Below, piece by piece: positions 34,383 through 43,219 of a stretch of DNA of 61,683 nucleotides. Made by a program: the position numbers and the translations under genes. The stretch comes from Candidatus Azambacteria bacterium. GTDB taxonomy: Bacteria; Patescibacteriota; Minisyncoccia; GWC2-36-17; WO2-46-25. The DNA is taken from the NCBI GenBank assembly GCA_016200965.1, contig JACQDT010000026.1, positions 1 through 61,683 on the forward strand, read 5' to 3'. The notes under the pieces were generated by a model, which was given only the letters and a program-made list of their open reading frames with translations, made no database searches and was not told the origin of the DNA. How positions within the stretch are numbered: position 1 is the stretch's first letter; each line of letters starts with the position of its first letter.

Positions 34383-35648
34383 TTATTTCAGTAAGTCATC
34401 AAGCTCGCATGAAAGCAGAGCTGATTTATTGAGCACGATCTGCTCTTTCTGGTTAAGATTATCGGCCGTCGTCCGAATGACCTTGGTCGTAATAGCGTCG
34501 CCAAGCATAATACTATTCACTTTTTTAAAATAGGATGCGTTTTTCCCAAAAAACAACGCTATAAACTGCTTGATTTGATCATTTAGTTCCGTGCCTGATT
34601 CGACTCTCACCAACCCCATTAAATCTTTCCTTGCATCCACTCCCAAGGGCTTCTGAAATTTTATCCATTCATAGGTCACTGTATAGACAACCCTTACAAT
34701 ATCTTTTTCCATCGTGTCATACGTATAAGTAAAGGAAAAATTGTCTGTGTTGAAATCTTCCTTTACGAGTATCCCCCGCAATGCAGTCACTGTATGGATT
34801 TTATATTCATCCAGAAGTCGCAAATAACTCTCTCGCCAATTCTTGAGCCAATTTCGAATGTAGTTTTTGTCTAAGAATAACGGCTCGAGATCCTGTTCGA
34901 GATTTTTGTCGCTTACTTTGTTGGTCTGAAGTGTAAGCTTATCGAAAAGCGCGCGAGGGTCTTTGATATCGATATTTTTCGCGCTTATGTAATCGAAATC
35001 CGGCACCACTTTCTTATTCATATACCAAAGGAGATCGTAAATATCACGACCTTTTTCTTCATAGATCGCATCGCCGATGCCACGAGTCCCTCGTAGAAAA
35101 ATGGCGGCAATCTTGCTCGCCATGAGTGCGGACATATTATAGGTGATAATGACGAGCGATAACTGGTCGCGATTTATCGGCCGACGTTCAGTAACGGTTT
35201 TCGGCGCGACAAAGTGATTGAGATCGATTTTTATGTGTATCTGTTTCGACGGATGGCCAAAACTAATCTCCTCGCCGACATTAAATTTTAGAAGCAACCC
35301 GCGGCCCTTGGTGGTTTTAACCGCCAGAAAATTGGCATTCGTACCATAGGTATTCTCGAAATGTTCATCAACTTCCTTTTTCAGCTCTTCAAGAAACTTT
35401 TCGGTCACCGCGTGGGACACTTCGAAATCGAGATCAACCGACATGCGATCCAATCCATGAATGATGCGCAGAGCCGAACCGCCATACATGATCCAGTCGT
35501 TGTATTCCGGATGGTGATAGATGAAATTGAGAACGTAATACTGCAACTCCTCTTTGAGCGCGTTACGCCGTGTCTCGGCATTGAGACCACCGTAATTAGC
35601 GAGGTCTTCCAATTTTCTTTTTAAGATTGAGGTTAGTCGTTCACTCAT
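34383..35648 (-). CDS. AbiEii/AbiGii family nucleotidyltransferase toxin (type IV TA)
   Basis: 421 aa. ...IMYGGSALRIIHGLDRMSVDLDFEV is a DUF1814-type NTase motif. It overlaps the upstream AbiEi-like gene by 8 nt. Confidence 0.8.
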   Translation of the reverse strand: MSERLTSILKRKLEDLANYGGLNAETRRNALKEELQYYVLNFIYHHPEYNDWIMYGGSALRIIHGLDRMSVDLDFEVSHAVTEKFLEELKKEVDEHFENTYGTNANFLAVKTTKGRGLLLKFNVGEEISFGHPSKQIHIKIDLNHFVAPKTVTERRPINRDQLSLVIITYNMSALMASKIAAIFLRGTRGIGDAIYEEKGRDIYDLLWYMNKKVVPDFDYISAKNIDIKDPRALFDKLTLQTNKVSDKNLEQDLEPLFLDKNYIRNWLKNWRESYLRLLDEYKIHTVTALRGILVKEDFNTDNFSFTYTYDTMEKDIVRVVYTVTYEWIKFQKPLGVDARKDLMGLVRVESGTELNDQIKQFIALFFGKNASYFKKVNSIMLGDAITTKVIRTTADNLNQKEQIVLNKSALLSCELDDLLK

Positions 35649-36258
35649 GGGAGTATTTTTTAATCATCGTATAAAACTTTTCCTGTTCTATCCTATCCAT
35701 TTCGTCAATGTCGATCCGCAATTCTTCGACCAACGCCTTGATGTTCTCCGATTTAGTGCCGCGGAACTGATGCGTTCTGAAATACAGCAAATCGAACAAT
35801 GCTTTCGAAGGCGAGGCAATATAAAAATCGAACTTGCCTTTTGTAAGAGAAAAATCCAAGAACAAATCCTTTTTGATCGACTGGTATGAGAAATTACCGG
35901 CCTTGGTCTCGAAATCTCGCGTGGCTTTGGGAGAGACCGAAGTAACGGAATGGACCGCTTCCGTAGCGAGATTGTAATACTGGAGAGCCGCCCATGAGCT
36001 CACGTAGGAAGGCGTGCGTATGACATTGGCAAGATAGAACGAATATGAAATGTCGTTCTTATTTTTTTCAAAGAAGTCGGTGGACACATATAAACCCTTA
36101 TTGAGCCAGATGATTTCTTTATACTTCAAAAACCGGCTGATGTAAGTGTCAACCGTACCGTCCTTAAGCCCCAGCTGTTTGCCAAGCTGATAAACAGTAT
36201 TTTTACCAAAATGGGACAAGGATTTAAGCTGTTCTAATAGGTTCTTTCTGCTTTTCAT
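35641..36258 (-). CDS. AbiEi-like antitoxin/transcriptional regulator
   Basis: 205 aa. N-terminal wHTH-like SHFGKNTVYQLGKQLGLKDGTVDTYISRFLKYKEIIWLNKGLY. The position upstream of AbiEii fits. The 10-bp palindrome ACACTAGTGT (36266-36275) lies just upstream. Confidence 0.7.
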   Translation of the reverse strand: MKSRKNLLEQLKSLSHFGKNTVYQLGKQLGLKDGTVDTYISRFLKYKEIIWLNKGLYVSTDFFEKNKNDISYSFYLANVIRTPSYVSSWAALQYYNLATEAVHSVTSVSPKATRDFETKAGNFSYQSIKKDLFLDFSLTKGKFDFYIASPSKALFDLLYFRTHQFRGTKSENIKALVEELRIDIDEMDRIEQEKFYTMIKKYSHE

Positions 36259-36358
36259 GATTATGACACTAGTGTACCATACACGAAATGCGTTGTAAAC
36301 CAGAACCTATTCACCTATTACTAAGCAGCAAAATGTCCCCCTTTGTCCAGTTATATCA

Positions 36359-37003
36359 CTAGTTCTTCTCCCCCACCCGCTCCAAAATCCTTACCACCCC
36401 CTTATCCGCATTCACTTCAACAAGATCGCCGTCTTTCAAAACCTTAGTAGCGATCTTTGTCCCAATAATACAGGGAATTTTCAGTTCTCTTGAAACAATA
36501 GCGGCATGGCATGTTATACCTCCTTCATCCGTTACAATCGCAGAAGCTCTTTTCATAAGCGGAACAAACTCTGGGCGGGTCATGCCAGTTACTAATACAT
36601 CCCCGTCATTAAAATGACCTACTTTGTTTGCATCAGGAACAATACGGACAATTCCAGTCGTTTTTCCACGAGAACCGACCGATCCTTTTATCTCTGCCAT
36701 ACCAAGTCCGGATTCCTGCTCCAAATGTTTTTGCTTGAGATATTCTAATATCTCAGCAACATCACGCGTCTCCGAATACACTTGTCCGTCTTCATCCAAA
36801 TAAGCAACAAAGCCATTTGGCCGATTTTCAATCTCACTCTTTTTTGAAATAAGCGTCTTTATTCCTTCCTTAAAATCGCCATCCACCATGTAGGTCGCGA
36901 GAGAAGCATCAATCCCTACACGACGAAACAACTCTTGTCCCGCAATAGCCCAGGCTGTCTGCAACTGAGCAAAAGGATCTTTACGCCAATCTCGAATCTC
37001 CAT
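36359..37003 (-). CDS. PEP-utilizing enzyme mobile (swivel phospho-His) domain protein; C-terminal piece of a frameshifted paralog
   Basis: GDVLVTGMTRPEFVPLMKRASAIVTDEGGITCHAAIVSRELKIPCIIGT. The frame stays open 29 codons upstream of the ATG (to the stop at 37091-37093) and reads protein-like (AKKEYAEYKKWLLSITDEERKIAEFTQKA). Confidence 0.7.
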   Translation of the reverse strand: MEIRDWRKDPFAQLQTAWAIAGQELFRRVGIDASLATYMVDGDFKEGIKTLISKKSEIENRPNGFVAYLDEDGQVYSETRDVAEILEYLKQKHLEQESGLGMAEIKGSVGSRGKTTGIVRIVPDANKVGHFNDGDVLVTGMTRPEFVPLMKRASAIVTDEGGITCHAAIVSRELKIPCIIGTKIATKVLKDGDLVEVNADKGVVRILERVGEKN

Positions 37004-37809
37004 AGCTTTTTGCGTGAATTCCGCGATTTTTCTTTCCTCATCTGTGATGGATAATAACCATTTTTTGTATTCCGCGTATTCTTTCTTTGCTTATTCTCTT
37101 GTTTATTCAAATCTGCCTTTTTTTCTACTAAATTCTTTTCAATATCCAACAAAGCTTCTTGTATCTCTGCCAAGGGCTTCGGAGAAAAATAGTCTGTTCC
37201 TGTGTACCAAAATAGTTTCTCTTTATTTTTAATATTTTTCTCAATAAGCGAGATTGCATGGCGAAGGCGCCTTGTTTCAAAGGACTCAAAATAGGGATGG
37301 GTTGCTTTTTCCCATATACTGTCGATTGCCTTCTTTTTTTGATTTCCTATGACTGAAAGAGTAATTTTTTCATCAAATGTTTCAACATATATGGTATGGA
37401 CAAGAAGAGCTCCAAAAAAATTTCTTCCCTCGGTGATTATGTTTTTAATATCCGTCTCTAACATATTCTCAGGATCAAATCGGATAATCTCATCATACCA
37501 CTGCTGAATTTCTTTTCTCAACACCTGCGCCTTTTTCTCAAATTGATCTTCTTTTTCGCCGCCATTCCAATAATCTTGAAAGATTTCTCGCGCGTATCCT
37601 TCATAGCGTGTCTCGCTAAAGAGTATATGGGAATTTCTACCCACAATAACCAAGAGGCCGACAAGCGGAAGCGTGCTATATGCTAAAGAATGAATCTTCT
37701 TCGCATTCCAGTTAAACATAAAATTCGCCGGCGAATACGGACCTTCCCAGAAATAAATCCTTTCGCCGTTTGAGGACTCGAAAAATTTTTTAACTAATGA
37801 TGATTGCAT
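36916..37809 (-). CDS. Middle (substrate-domain-like) piece of the same PEP-utilizing paralog; lacks the ATP-grasp domain
   Basis: 297 aa. Alignable by eye to the region after the ATP-grasp domain of 41579-43084 (FWEGPYSPANF.../FRSRYIPAMLP...; EKLFWYTGTDYF/EEYFWFPYEYV). The last ~30 codons (KNTRNTKNGYYPSQMRKEKSRNSRKK) look out of frame. Confidence 0.6.
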   Translation of the reverse strand: MQSSLVKKFFESSNGERIYFWEGPYSPANFMFNWNAKKIHSLAYSTLPLVGLLVIVGRNSHILFSETRYEGYAREIFQDYWNGGEKEDQFEKKAQVLRKEIQQWYDEIIRFDPENMLETDIKNIITEGRNFFGALLVHTIYVETFDEKITLSVIGNQKKKAIDSIWEKATHPYFESFETRRLRHAISLIEKNIKNKEKLFWYTGTDYFSPKPLAEIQEALLDIEKNLVEKKADLNKQENKQRKNTRNTKNGYYPSQMRKEKSRNSRKKLWRFEIGVKILLLSCRQPGLLRDKSCFVV

Positions 37810-37818
37810 GGAATTCCG

Positions 37819-38679
37819 TCAGGACTTTTGGCGTTTTTTGTTAATAAAAGCTACCAACCATTTAATGTGGAAATCAAAATCTTTCTCATTTCTGCTGTTA
37901 TCCTCAAAGAAATGCGAAAGGCCAAAAAGTGTGCCCGTGATCACTTTCCCTCCGCAAAGCAATAATGTTCTGAATATGTAATTACCAACCATTCCGTTTA
38001 CGGGGATAAGAATGTTATATCCAGCTTTTACCGCAAGATCTAAGTCTATCGCCCAATTTTTTGCGTCTATATTCTCTTTTTTCAGTTCATTGATTATCCA
38101 CTCGGCATCTTCGTATGTTCCATTCAACAAACCAACCACTCCATCCCTATTCTCCTTTTTCCTTTGGTATGTCTCATGACGAACTCCGGTGAAAATAGCT
38201 ACTTTGTAAACAATTTTCCACTCCTTCGCAAAATTCACTAATCCTCTTGCAATACGCAATCGATACTCTTTGTCCCAACCTTGAGGATTGCTCACGGGAC
38301 TCAAGAAAAATCGATTCCCGGAAACATCCTCCATAATAAATGGTGAGTCCTCACTATAACTTTCTCCCGTCAATTTTCCATACGCTTCGATGGTTTTAAA
38401 ATCATCAATTGTCCCCCTAACAATGCCGTCCACTTCGCCATCAACCAGCATTTTGGTGATTTTTTCTTCTGGTTTCTCATTGATAACAATCTGGAATCCT
38501 TCTATATTTTTTATTCTGTCCGTCCCCACCAGTATGATGTCCGCATACTCGCTACTCCTCCGCAGGCTTTCTAAAATCTCCGGATCTTCTGCGCTTAAAC
38601 CAAAAGCGATTTTTGGTTTCCCAATCGTGAGTAACTCACTAACACGCTTATTGAATTGTTCAAATGCATTATTTGTCAT
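37819..38679 (-). CDS. Phosphate acetyl/butyryltransferase (PTA_PTB)-like protein
   Basis: 286 aa. VDGEVDGIVRGT and PVNGMVGNYIFRTLLLCGG resemble the PTA/PTB family G-x-aDG-x-v-G and GN-x-x-yK motifs. This is a weak call. Confidence 0.4.
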   Translation of the reverse strand: MTNNAFEQFNKRVSELLTIGKPKIAFGLSAEDPEILESLRRSSEYADIILVGTDRIKNIEGFQIVINEKPEEKITKMLVDGEVDGIVRGTIDDFKTIEAYGKLTGESYSEDSPFIMEDVSGNRFFLSPVSNPQGWDKEYRLRIARGLVNFAKEWKIVYKVAIFTGVRHETYQRKKENRDGVVGLLNGTYEDAEWIINELKKENIDAKNWAIDLDLAVKAGYNILIPVNGMVGNYIFRTLLLCGGKVITGTLFGLSHFFEDNSRNEKDFDFHIKWLVAFINKKRQKS

Positions 38680-38687
38680 AAAACTTA

Positions 38688-40610
38688 CTACCCATTATTT
38701 TTCAAAAGATGGTCTATATTCTTACATGTTTTTTCAATGAGTTTCTGAATTATCAGAATATTTTCTTCGTTATATGCTCCGGTATTATAATTATTATCCA
38801 CCTCATCCATATAAGCCGCCTCGTTACATTCTAACTGAAAAGTATTTACGCCTTTTTGACGCTCACCATAAAATTCTACATTATGCGCTCCCTTAAAAGG
38901 ATGATTAACGCCAACAAGTCCACCCTTAATGTGCTTGGTCAATCGCTTTTTAATGCTGTCGTCCAACGCATTAAAATTCTTTTCCAAAGCATGAGTAAAG
39001 GCATCTCTGATATCTTGATCACAGGATGTCCCATCCGCGTCCCCGATAATAAACATCGGTAATTCTTCGGGGTTTTCTACGCCATAGAGTTTGAAATAGT
39101 CGTGAACCACAGAGCTTATCGGGAAAGAATGCCCATCAATGACAAGAATTCGTTCGTTATCACCTCTTCTGTCGGCTAAACTGCCGATAACTCCCATCAT
39201 CTTATTGTAATAAGATACATAGAAATCCTCTGCCAGATTCCGCACTTCTTCCCCTGTTGGTTCCTGTCCCGCTTTGTACATGGTCCCACCGCGTATCCCC
39301 TTGTACCACAAAACCTTTCCGGGTACTTTTGAGTTTTGCTCAAGGAGTGGAGCTCTGTTTGGGTCAACGATAAAGCGGGATAATTTCGTCCCCACACTCG
39401 GAATATCCTTGGAACGAAAAATTTCGCTTGTCCCTCTATCAACAAAAATAAAAGTATCTTTACCCTCTTCTGTTGCGCGCTCCCAAAGATCGCTCGGAAT
39501 ATATTCCCCAGCGTGAGGCCTGCCAAAACAAACAGATACGCATTCGCGCTCTCTTAACGCTCTATCGTCTACATCAACGGCATTCTCTGGCGTTATTTCA
39601 TCGCTCTCTATACTCTGACGCGTCGGCAATCCTCTCGCTTCCAGAGCATTAAGCACTTTCACAGGGCGCTCCCTTTTCTCCATATCCATAACAAAAGGGA
39701 ATTGCGAAATTTTTTCAATCTTTTCGTCAGTAATTATTATATCTTTTATCACTTCGTGGGGGATTTCCTCATTGAATTCAAATACCAACCTTTTTCCATC
39801 ACCATCTTCAACTTCCTTCTTGTAGCGTATGCGGATGGCAAACTCATCCGAATTTTTATTTAAAATATCAACTTCAAACCCTTCCGTATAATCAAACCCT
39901 TGATTACTGAGAGCTTGGACAAACTTATCTCGTTCTTCTGCGCCTTTGGTCTTTTCTATCACCTTGGCAAGAAATGATTCGTTCACGCCTTGGTGCGTCC
40001 CGAAAAATCGCTCCAATGTATCTGAGTATTCTTTTTGCTCGTCTTGCACTAATTTATCCCACCTTTTTGCAATCCCTATGTACTTGTCTATAATACTTGC
40101 GATATTTGAAGCTCCTCTTGAATAGGTAAAACTTGTTTCGTCTCCCGATTCCTTTGCTAATCTGTCGCTTTGTTCAACTAAAAACTTCAGGTAGTCGCCT
40201 CGCTTAAAATGATCGAGTGCGCTTACTCCGAATTCAGAACTAAAATCTATACCGAAGTCCAATCTTCTATCTACCCCTATTTTGGATCCTTTAGCCAGTC
40301 CTTTGTCTACTTTTTCTCTCAACTCTTCCAACGACTCATCTCCCGTTATCCCTTCTTGATTTCCAGACATCACGAACCCGGCGGTTTCCTGCGCTCGTGT
40401 TCTCGGGCTTCCGAAAGCGACTGACTGTTTCATATTTTTTGTATCACTTTTTTCTTTGGCTTGTTTTTTCCCAACAGGAGTTAATTCAATATCAAGATCC
40501 GATTTTGACTTGTTGTTTTCTTTTTCTCCGTGCCGAAAAAACGAGAGTTCAATCTTAGATGTGTACTCTTCGTGACTTTCAGATTTTTGAATATCCTCGA
40601 GTCTTTCCAT
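38688..40610 (-). CDS. Fusion protein: histidine-phosphatase-like N-terminal domain plus N-formylglutamate amidohydrolase (FGase)-like C-terminal domain
   Basis: N-half: FFRHGEKE, GSPRTRAQETAG, GTHQG. C-half: FGRPHAGEYIP, SRFIVDPNR, LVIDGHSFP, GVNHPFKG, resembling FGase family motifs. ATG at 40610 (MERLEDIQ). Confidence 0.55.
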   Translation of the reverse strand: MERLEDIQKSESHEEYTSKIELSFFRHGEKENNKSKSDLDIELTPVGKKQAKEKSDTKNMKQSVAFGSPRTRAQETAGFVMSGNQEGITGDESLEELREKVDKGLAKGSKIGVDRRLDFGIDFSSEFGVSALDHFKRGDYLKFLVEQSDRLAKESGDETSFTYSRGASNIASIIDKYIGIAKRWDKLVQDEQKEYSDTLERFFGTHQGVNESFLAKVIEKTKGAEERDKFVQALSNQGFDYTEGFEVDILNKNSDEFAIRIRYKKEVEDGDGKRLVFEFNEEIPHEVIKDIIITDEKIEKISQFPFVMDMEKRERPVKVLNALEARGLPTRQSIESDEITPENAVDVDDRALRERECVSVCFGRPHAGEYIPSDLWERATEEGKDTFIFVDRGTSEIFRSKDIPSVGTKLSRFIVDPNRAPLLEQNSKVPGKVLWYKGIRGGTMYKAGQEPTGEEVRNLAEDFYVSYYNKMMGVIGSLADRRGDNERILVIDGHSFPISSVVHDYFKLYGVENPEELPMFIIGDADGTSCDQDIRDAFTHALEKNFNALDDSIKKRLTKHIKGGLVGVNHPFKGAHNVEFYGERQKGVNTFQLECNEAAYMDEVDNNYNTGAYNEENILIIQKLIEKTCKNIDHLLKNNG

Positions 40611-40702
40611 AGACAAAGATTGTTTTAGACATAAATAATATTGGCGGGCATTGAACAAAATCCATTGTCAGTAAAGCACTTAATCGCCTTGAAGTAAATG
40701 CC

Positions 40703-41467
40703 TTAAAGGATAATCTTCACCACCCCCTTATCCGCATTCACTTCAACAAGATCGCCGTCTTTCAAAACGCGAGTTGCTGACTTTGTGCCAATTACGCAAG
40801 GAATTTTGAGCTCTCTAGAAATAATCGCCGCATGAGAAGTAATTCCTCTTTCATCTGTAATAATTGCTGATGCTTTTTTAATAATCGGTACAAAGTCAGG
40901 TGTTGTCATTCCTGTAACTAAAATGTCTCCTTCAGGAAAATTTTGTCCCTCGCTAGACGAATGTAAAATTTTAACACGGCCAGTCACTTTTCCCTTGTAT
41001 GCCGATTGGCCGTGCAGTGCCTCGCCTGTCGTGTAGACTTCCTCCTGAATACCTAGCTCTTTTAGCTTTTCTTTGGCGGCTTGATCACTGTAAACTTCGT
41101 ATTTTTCTGCGTCTTGAATAACGACACAAAAAACTGAACGATTTTTTAATTCCTCTCTCACTGCTGTTTTGTCAAAACTCTCATTTGCAAGTAGATCGAG
41201 GAGATTGGACTCAAGATAACGCATATCTTCCAGCGCGATATCAAGCCTTTTCGCTAAAGCCCCCAGAATAACATTATTTAGGTAATAGCAAATTTGAGCA
41301 TTAAGCATTTTACGATCATCTTGCATTAAAGCCACGGCGCGTAAAACAGCAAAGAATTTTTCTGCCTTCTCCGTAATTTTAATATCTACCTCGTGTTGCA
41401 ATTCGGTTGCGTGTTCAACTGCATCAAATGATAGGGCGTCAATAACACGTTTTCTCACTGTGGGCAC
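40703..41467 (-). CDS. C-terminal part (swivel phospho-His domain) of a PpsA/rifampin-phosphotransferase-like dikinase, downstream of an in-frame TGA
   Basis: GDILVTGMTTPDFVPIIKKASAIITDERGITSHAAIISRELKIPCVIGT. The same frame is open for 37 further codons up to the TGA at 41579-41581 that ends the upstream ORF. Confidence 0.75.
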   Translation of the reverse strand: MPTVRKRVIDALSFDAVEHATELQHEVDIKITEKAEKFFAVLRAVALMQDDRKMLNAQICYYLNNVILGALAKRLDIALEDMRYLESNLLDLLANESFDKTAVREELKNRSVFCVVIQDAEKYEVYSDQAAKEKLKELGIQEEVYTTGEALHGQSAYKGKVTGRVKILHSSSEGQNFPEGDILVTGMTTPDFVPIIKKASAIITDERGITSHAAIISRELKIPCVIGTKSATRVLKDGDLVEVNADKGVVKIIL

Positions 41468-41578
41468 ATCCCATACTCTTGGACCAACATATTCGTAGGG
41501 AAACCAAAAGTATTCTTCAGAGAATTTTTTTATTGCCTTTCCAACAATCGAACTATCTATACCCTGATTTCTTGCTAA

Positions 41579-43084
41579 TCACACAATCTTCCAAAATTTT
41601 TCTTCCTCCTCTTGGCTGTATAACTTCTCGTTAGGAATAGACATCGCAGAAAAAATTTTATTCTGTTCCTCGTCGCTTATTTCTGGCAGTTCCTTCTTAA
41701 TTTCTGCTTGAATAGCTTCTCCTGAAAACAACCAAAGAAGCATACTTTGCCTTGTAAATTCGTTGTAAGTTTTATCCAAAAAACCTAAAAAGGTTGCAAA
41801 ATCGGCTATGGTAACTGAATCAACTTTGATCGCAAATTCTTTGCAGGCATCAACAACCTTCTGTCCAGCTTTTATTCCTTGTTTTCGAATATCTCGCAAA
41901 CTTCTAACATGGGAGAGTAAGAAATTGAGCGAGTAATCTCTTACCGCCTGGTATCCTTTTTCTTCCCAAATTGCTTGATAGTATCCCTTATCCCAAACAT
42001 TAACAACCAAGCCAACCTCTTTACCCACAACATCTTTCACGGGCCATGACCAGTAGGAAAGGATCGGCAACATTGCAGGTATGTAACGACTTCGAAAAAC
42101 TTGCCATTTCCTATGGACATTAAAATCATCCTGCGCCGAAGTCGAGAGCGTTGTTATCGGCCTGCTTTGCAGGATATAAAATTTTCCTTTTTCAAATGCC
42201 CACTCGATATCGCAGGAAAAACCGTAGTGATTTTCGATAATGAGAACAATTTGTGATAATTCTAAAATTTGAGTTTCGTTTAATACCTGGGAAGATGCTT
42301 TTGGTTCGAGGATAGTGATCCATTCGTTCCCTCCCTTCACGGAACGATGGAGTGCCTTGGCTTGAGTATTAACATTTATATCAATAATCCTTCTCGGCTC
42401 TTTTTCTACAACATAGCTATCAGGCGTAATCTGCCCTGACACAATCGCTTCGCCAAGACCAAATCCCGCCTCAATGATGAGTTGGTTTCTGTCTTGCGTG
42501 ACGGGATGAACGGAGAAGGCGATGCCCGATACATCGCTTTCAACCATTTTCTGCACTACCACCGCTACGGATATTTTCTGCCTGTGCAGATCTTTTTCAA
42601 ATCGATAGAAAATGGCGCGTGGCGTGAAGAGGGACGCCCAGCACTTTTTTACGTTTTCTAACAGATTTTCTTCTTCTGTATTCAAGAAGCTGTCAAGCTG
42701 TCCCGCCCATGCCGCGCTTGCGGAGTCCTCGGCGGTCGCTGATGATCTCACGGCGACATAGTCGGCGCCGAGTTTTTTGAACGATATTTTTATTTCTTCT
42801 GCAATGTCATGGGGCATTTTTGCTTCAAGTATGAGTTTCTGTATTTTTTCAGAAGCATGCTCTACGGTATGCATTTCTCTGTGGTTGACGGAATGAAGCG
42901 CCGCATCAATTTCAACGTTCAAATCGGTCTCTTTCAGAAATTGTTCAAAGGCGTTTGCAAGAATAACAAAACCAGAAGGCACAGGAATTCCCGCCTGCGT
43001 CATCTCGCCGAGCGATGCGCCTTTGCCTCCGGCAAGAGCGGCATCATTTTTCCCTAGTTTTCCGAAGTCACGTATGAACTCCAT
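41579..43084 (-). CDS. N-terminal part (PPDK_N ATP-grasp plus middle domain) of the same dikinase-like gene
   Basis: 501 aa. MEFIRDFGKLGKNDAALAGGKGASLGEM...VAVRSSATAEDS...AFSVHPVTQD is typical of the PEP synthase/PPDK N-terminal nucleotide-binding domain. Confidence 0.8.
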   Translation of the reverse strand: MEFIRDFGKLGKNDAALAGGKGASLGEMTQAGIPVPSGFVILANAFEQFLKETDLNVEIDAALHSVNHREMHTVEHASEKIQKLILEAKMPHDIAEEIKISFKKLGADYVAVRSSATAEDSASAAWAGQLDSFLNTEEENLLENVKKCWASLFTPRAIFYRFEKDLHRQKISVAVVVQKMVESDVSGIAFSVHPVTQDRNQLIIEAGFGLGEAIVSGQITPDSYVVEKEPRRIIDINVNTQAKALHRSVKGGNEWITILEPKASSQVLNETQILELSQIVLIIENHYGFSCDIEWAFEKGKFYILQSRPITTLSTSAQDDFNVHRKWQVFRSRYIPAMLPILSYWSWPVKDVVGKEVGLVVNVWDKGYYQAIWEEKGYQAVRDYSLNFLLSHVRSLRDIRKQGIKAGQKVVDACKEFAIKVDSVTIADFATFLGFLDKTYNEFTRQSMLLWLFSGEAIQAEIKKELPEISDEEQNKIFSAMSIPNEKLYSQEEEEKFWKIV

Positions 43085-43182
43085 TATTGGCTTGTTTCTT
43101 CAGTATGGTATCATACCATTTTTCATACATAAAGCCGCGGTGAATGCGTTGCCGTCATACGACGACTGCTCCGCTATGCGGG

Positions 43183-43211
43183 TTGCGCAACGCGATAATT
43201 TTTGATATACT
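43183..43211 (+). promoter_or_regulatory. Sigma70-like promoter with extended -10, 8 nt upstream of the ATG at 43220
   Basis: TTGCGC (43183-43188), a 17-nt spacer ending in TGA, then TATACT (43206-43211). No SD before the ATG. Confidence 0.45.
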
Positions 43212-43219
43212 ATAGCGGT

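Noticed and set aside
41579-41581. In-frame TGA as evidence for genetic code 4/25 (TGA = Trp/Gly) or selenocysteine
   Set aside because: TGA terminates several clearly complete genes in this window (for example stops at 3320, 21304 and 51080), and the long housekeeping ORFs are not fragmented. I saw no obvious SECIS-like hairpin right after the codon. An isolated nonsense codon or readthrough is more likely.
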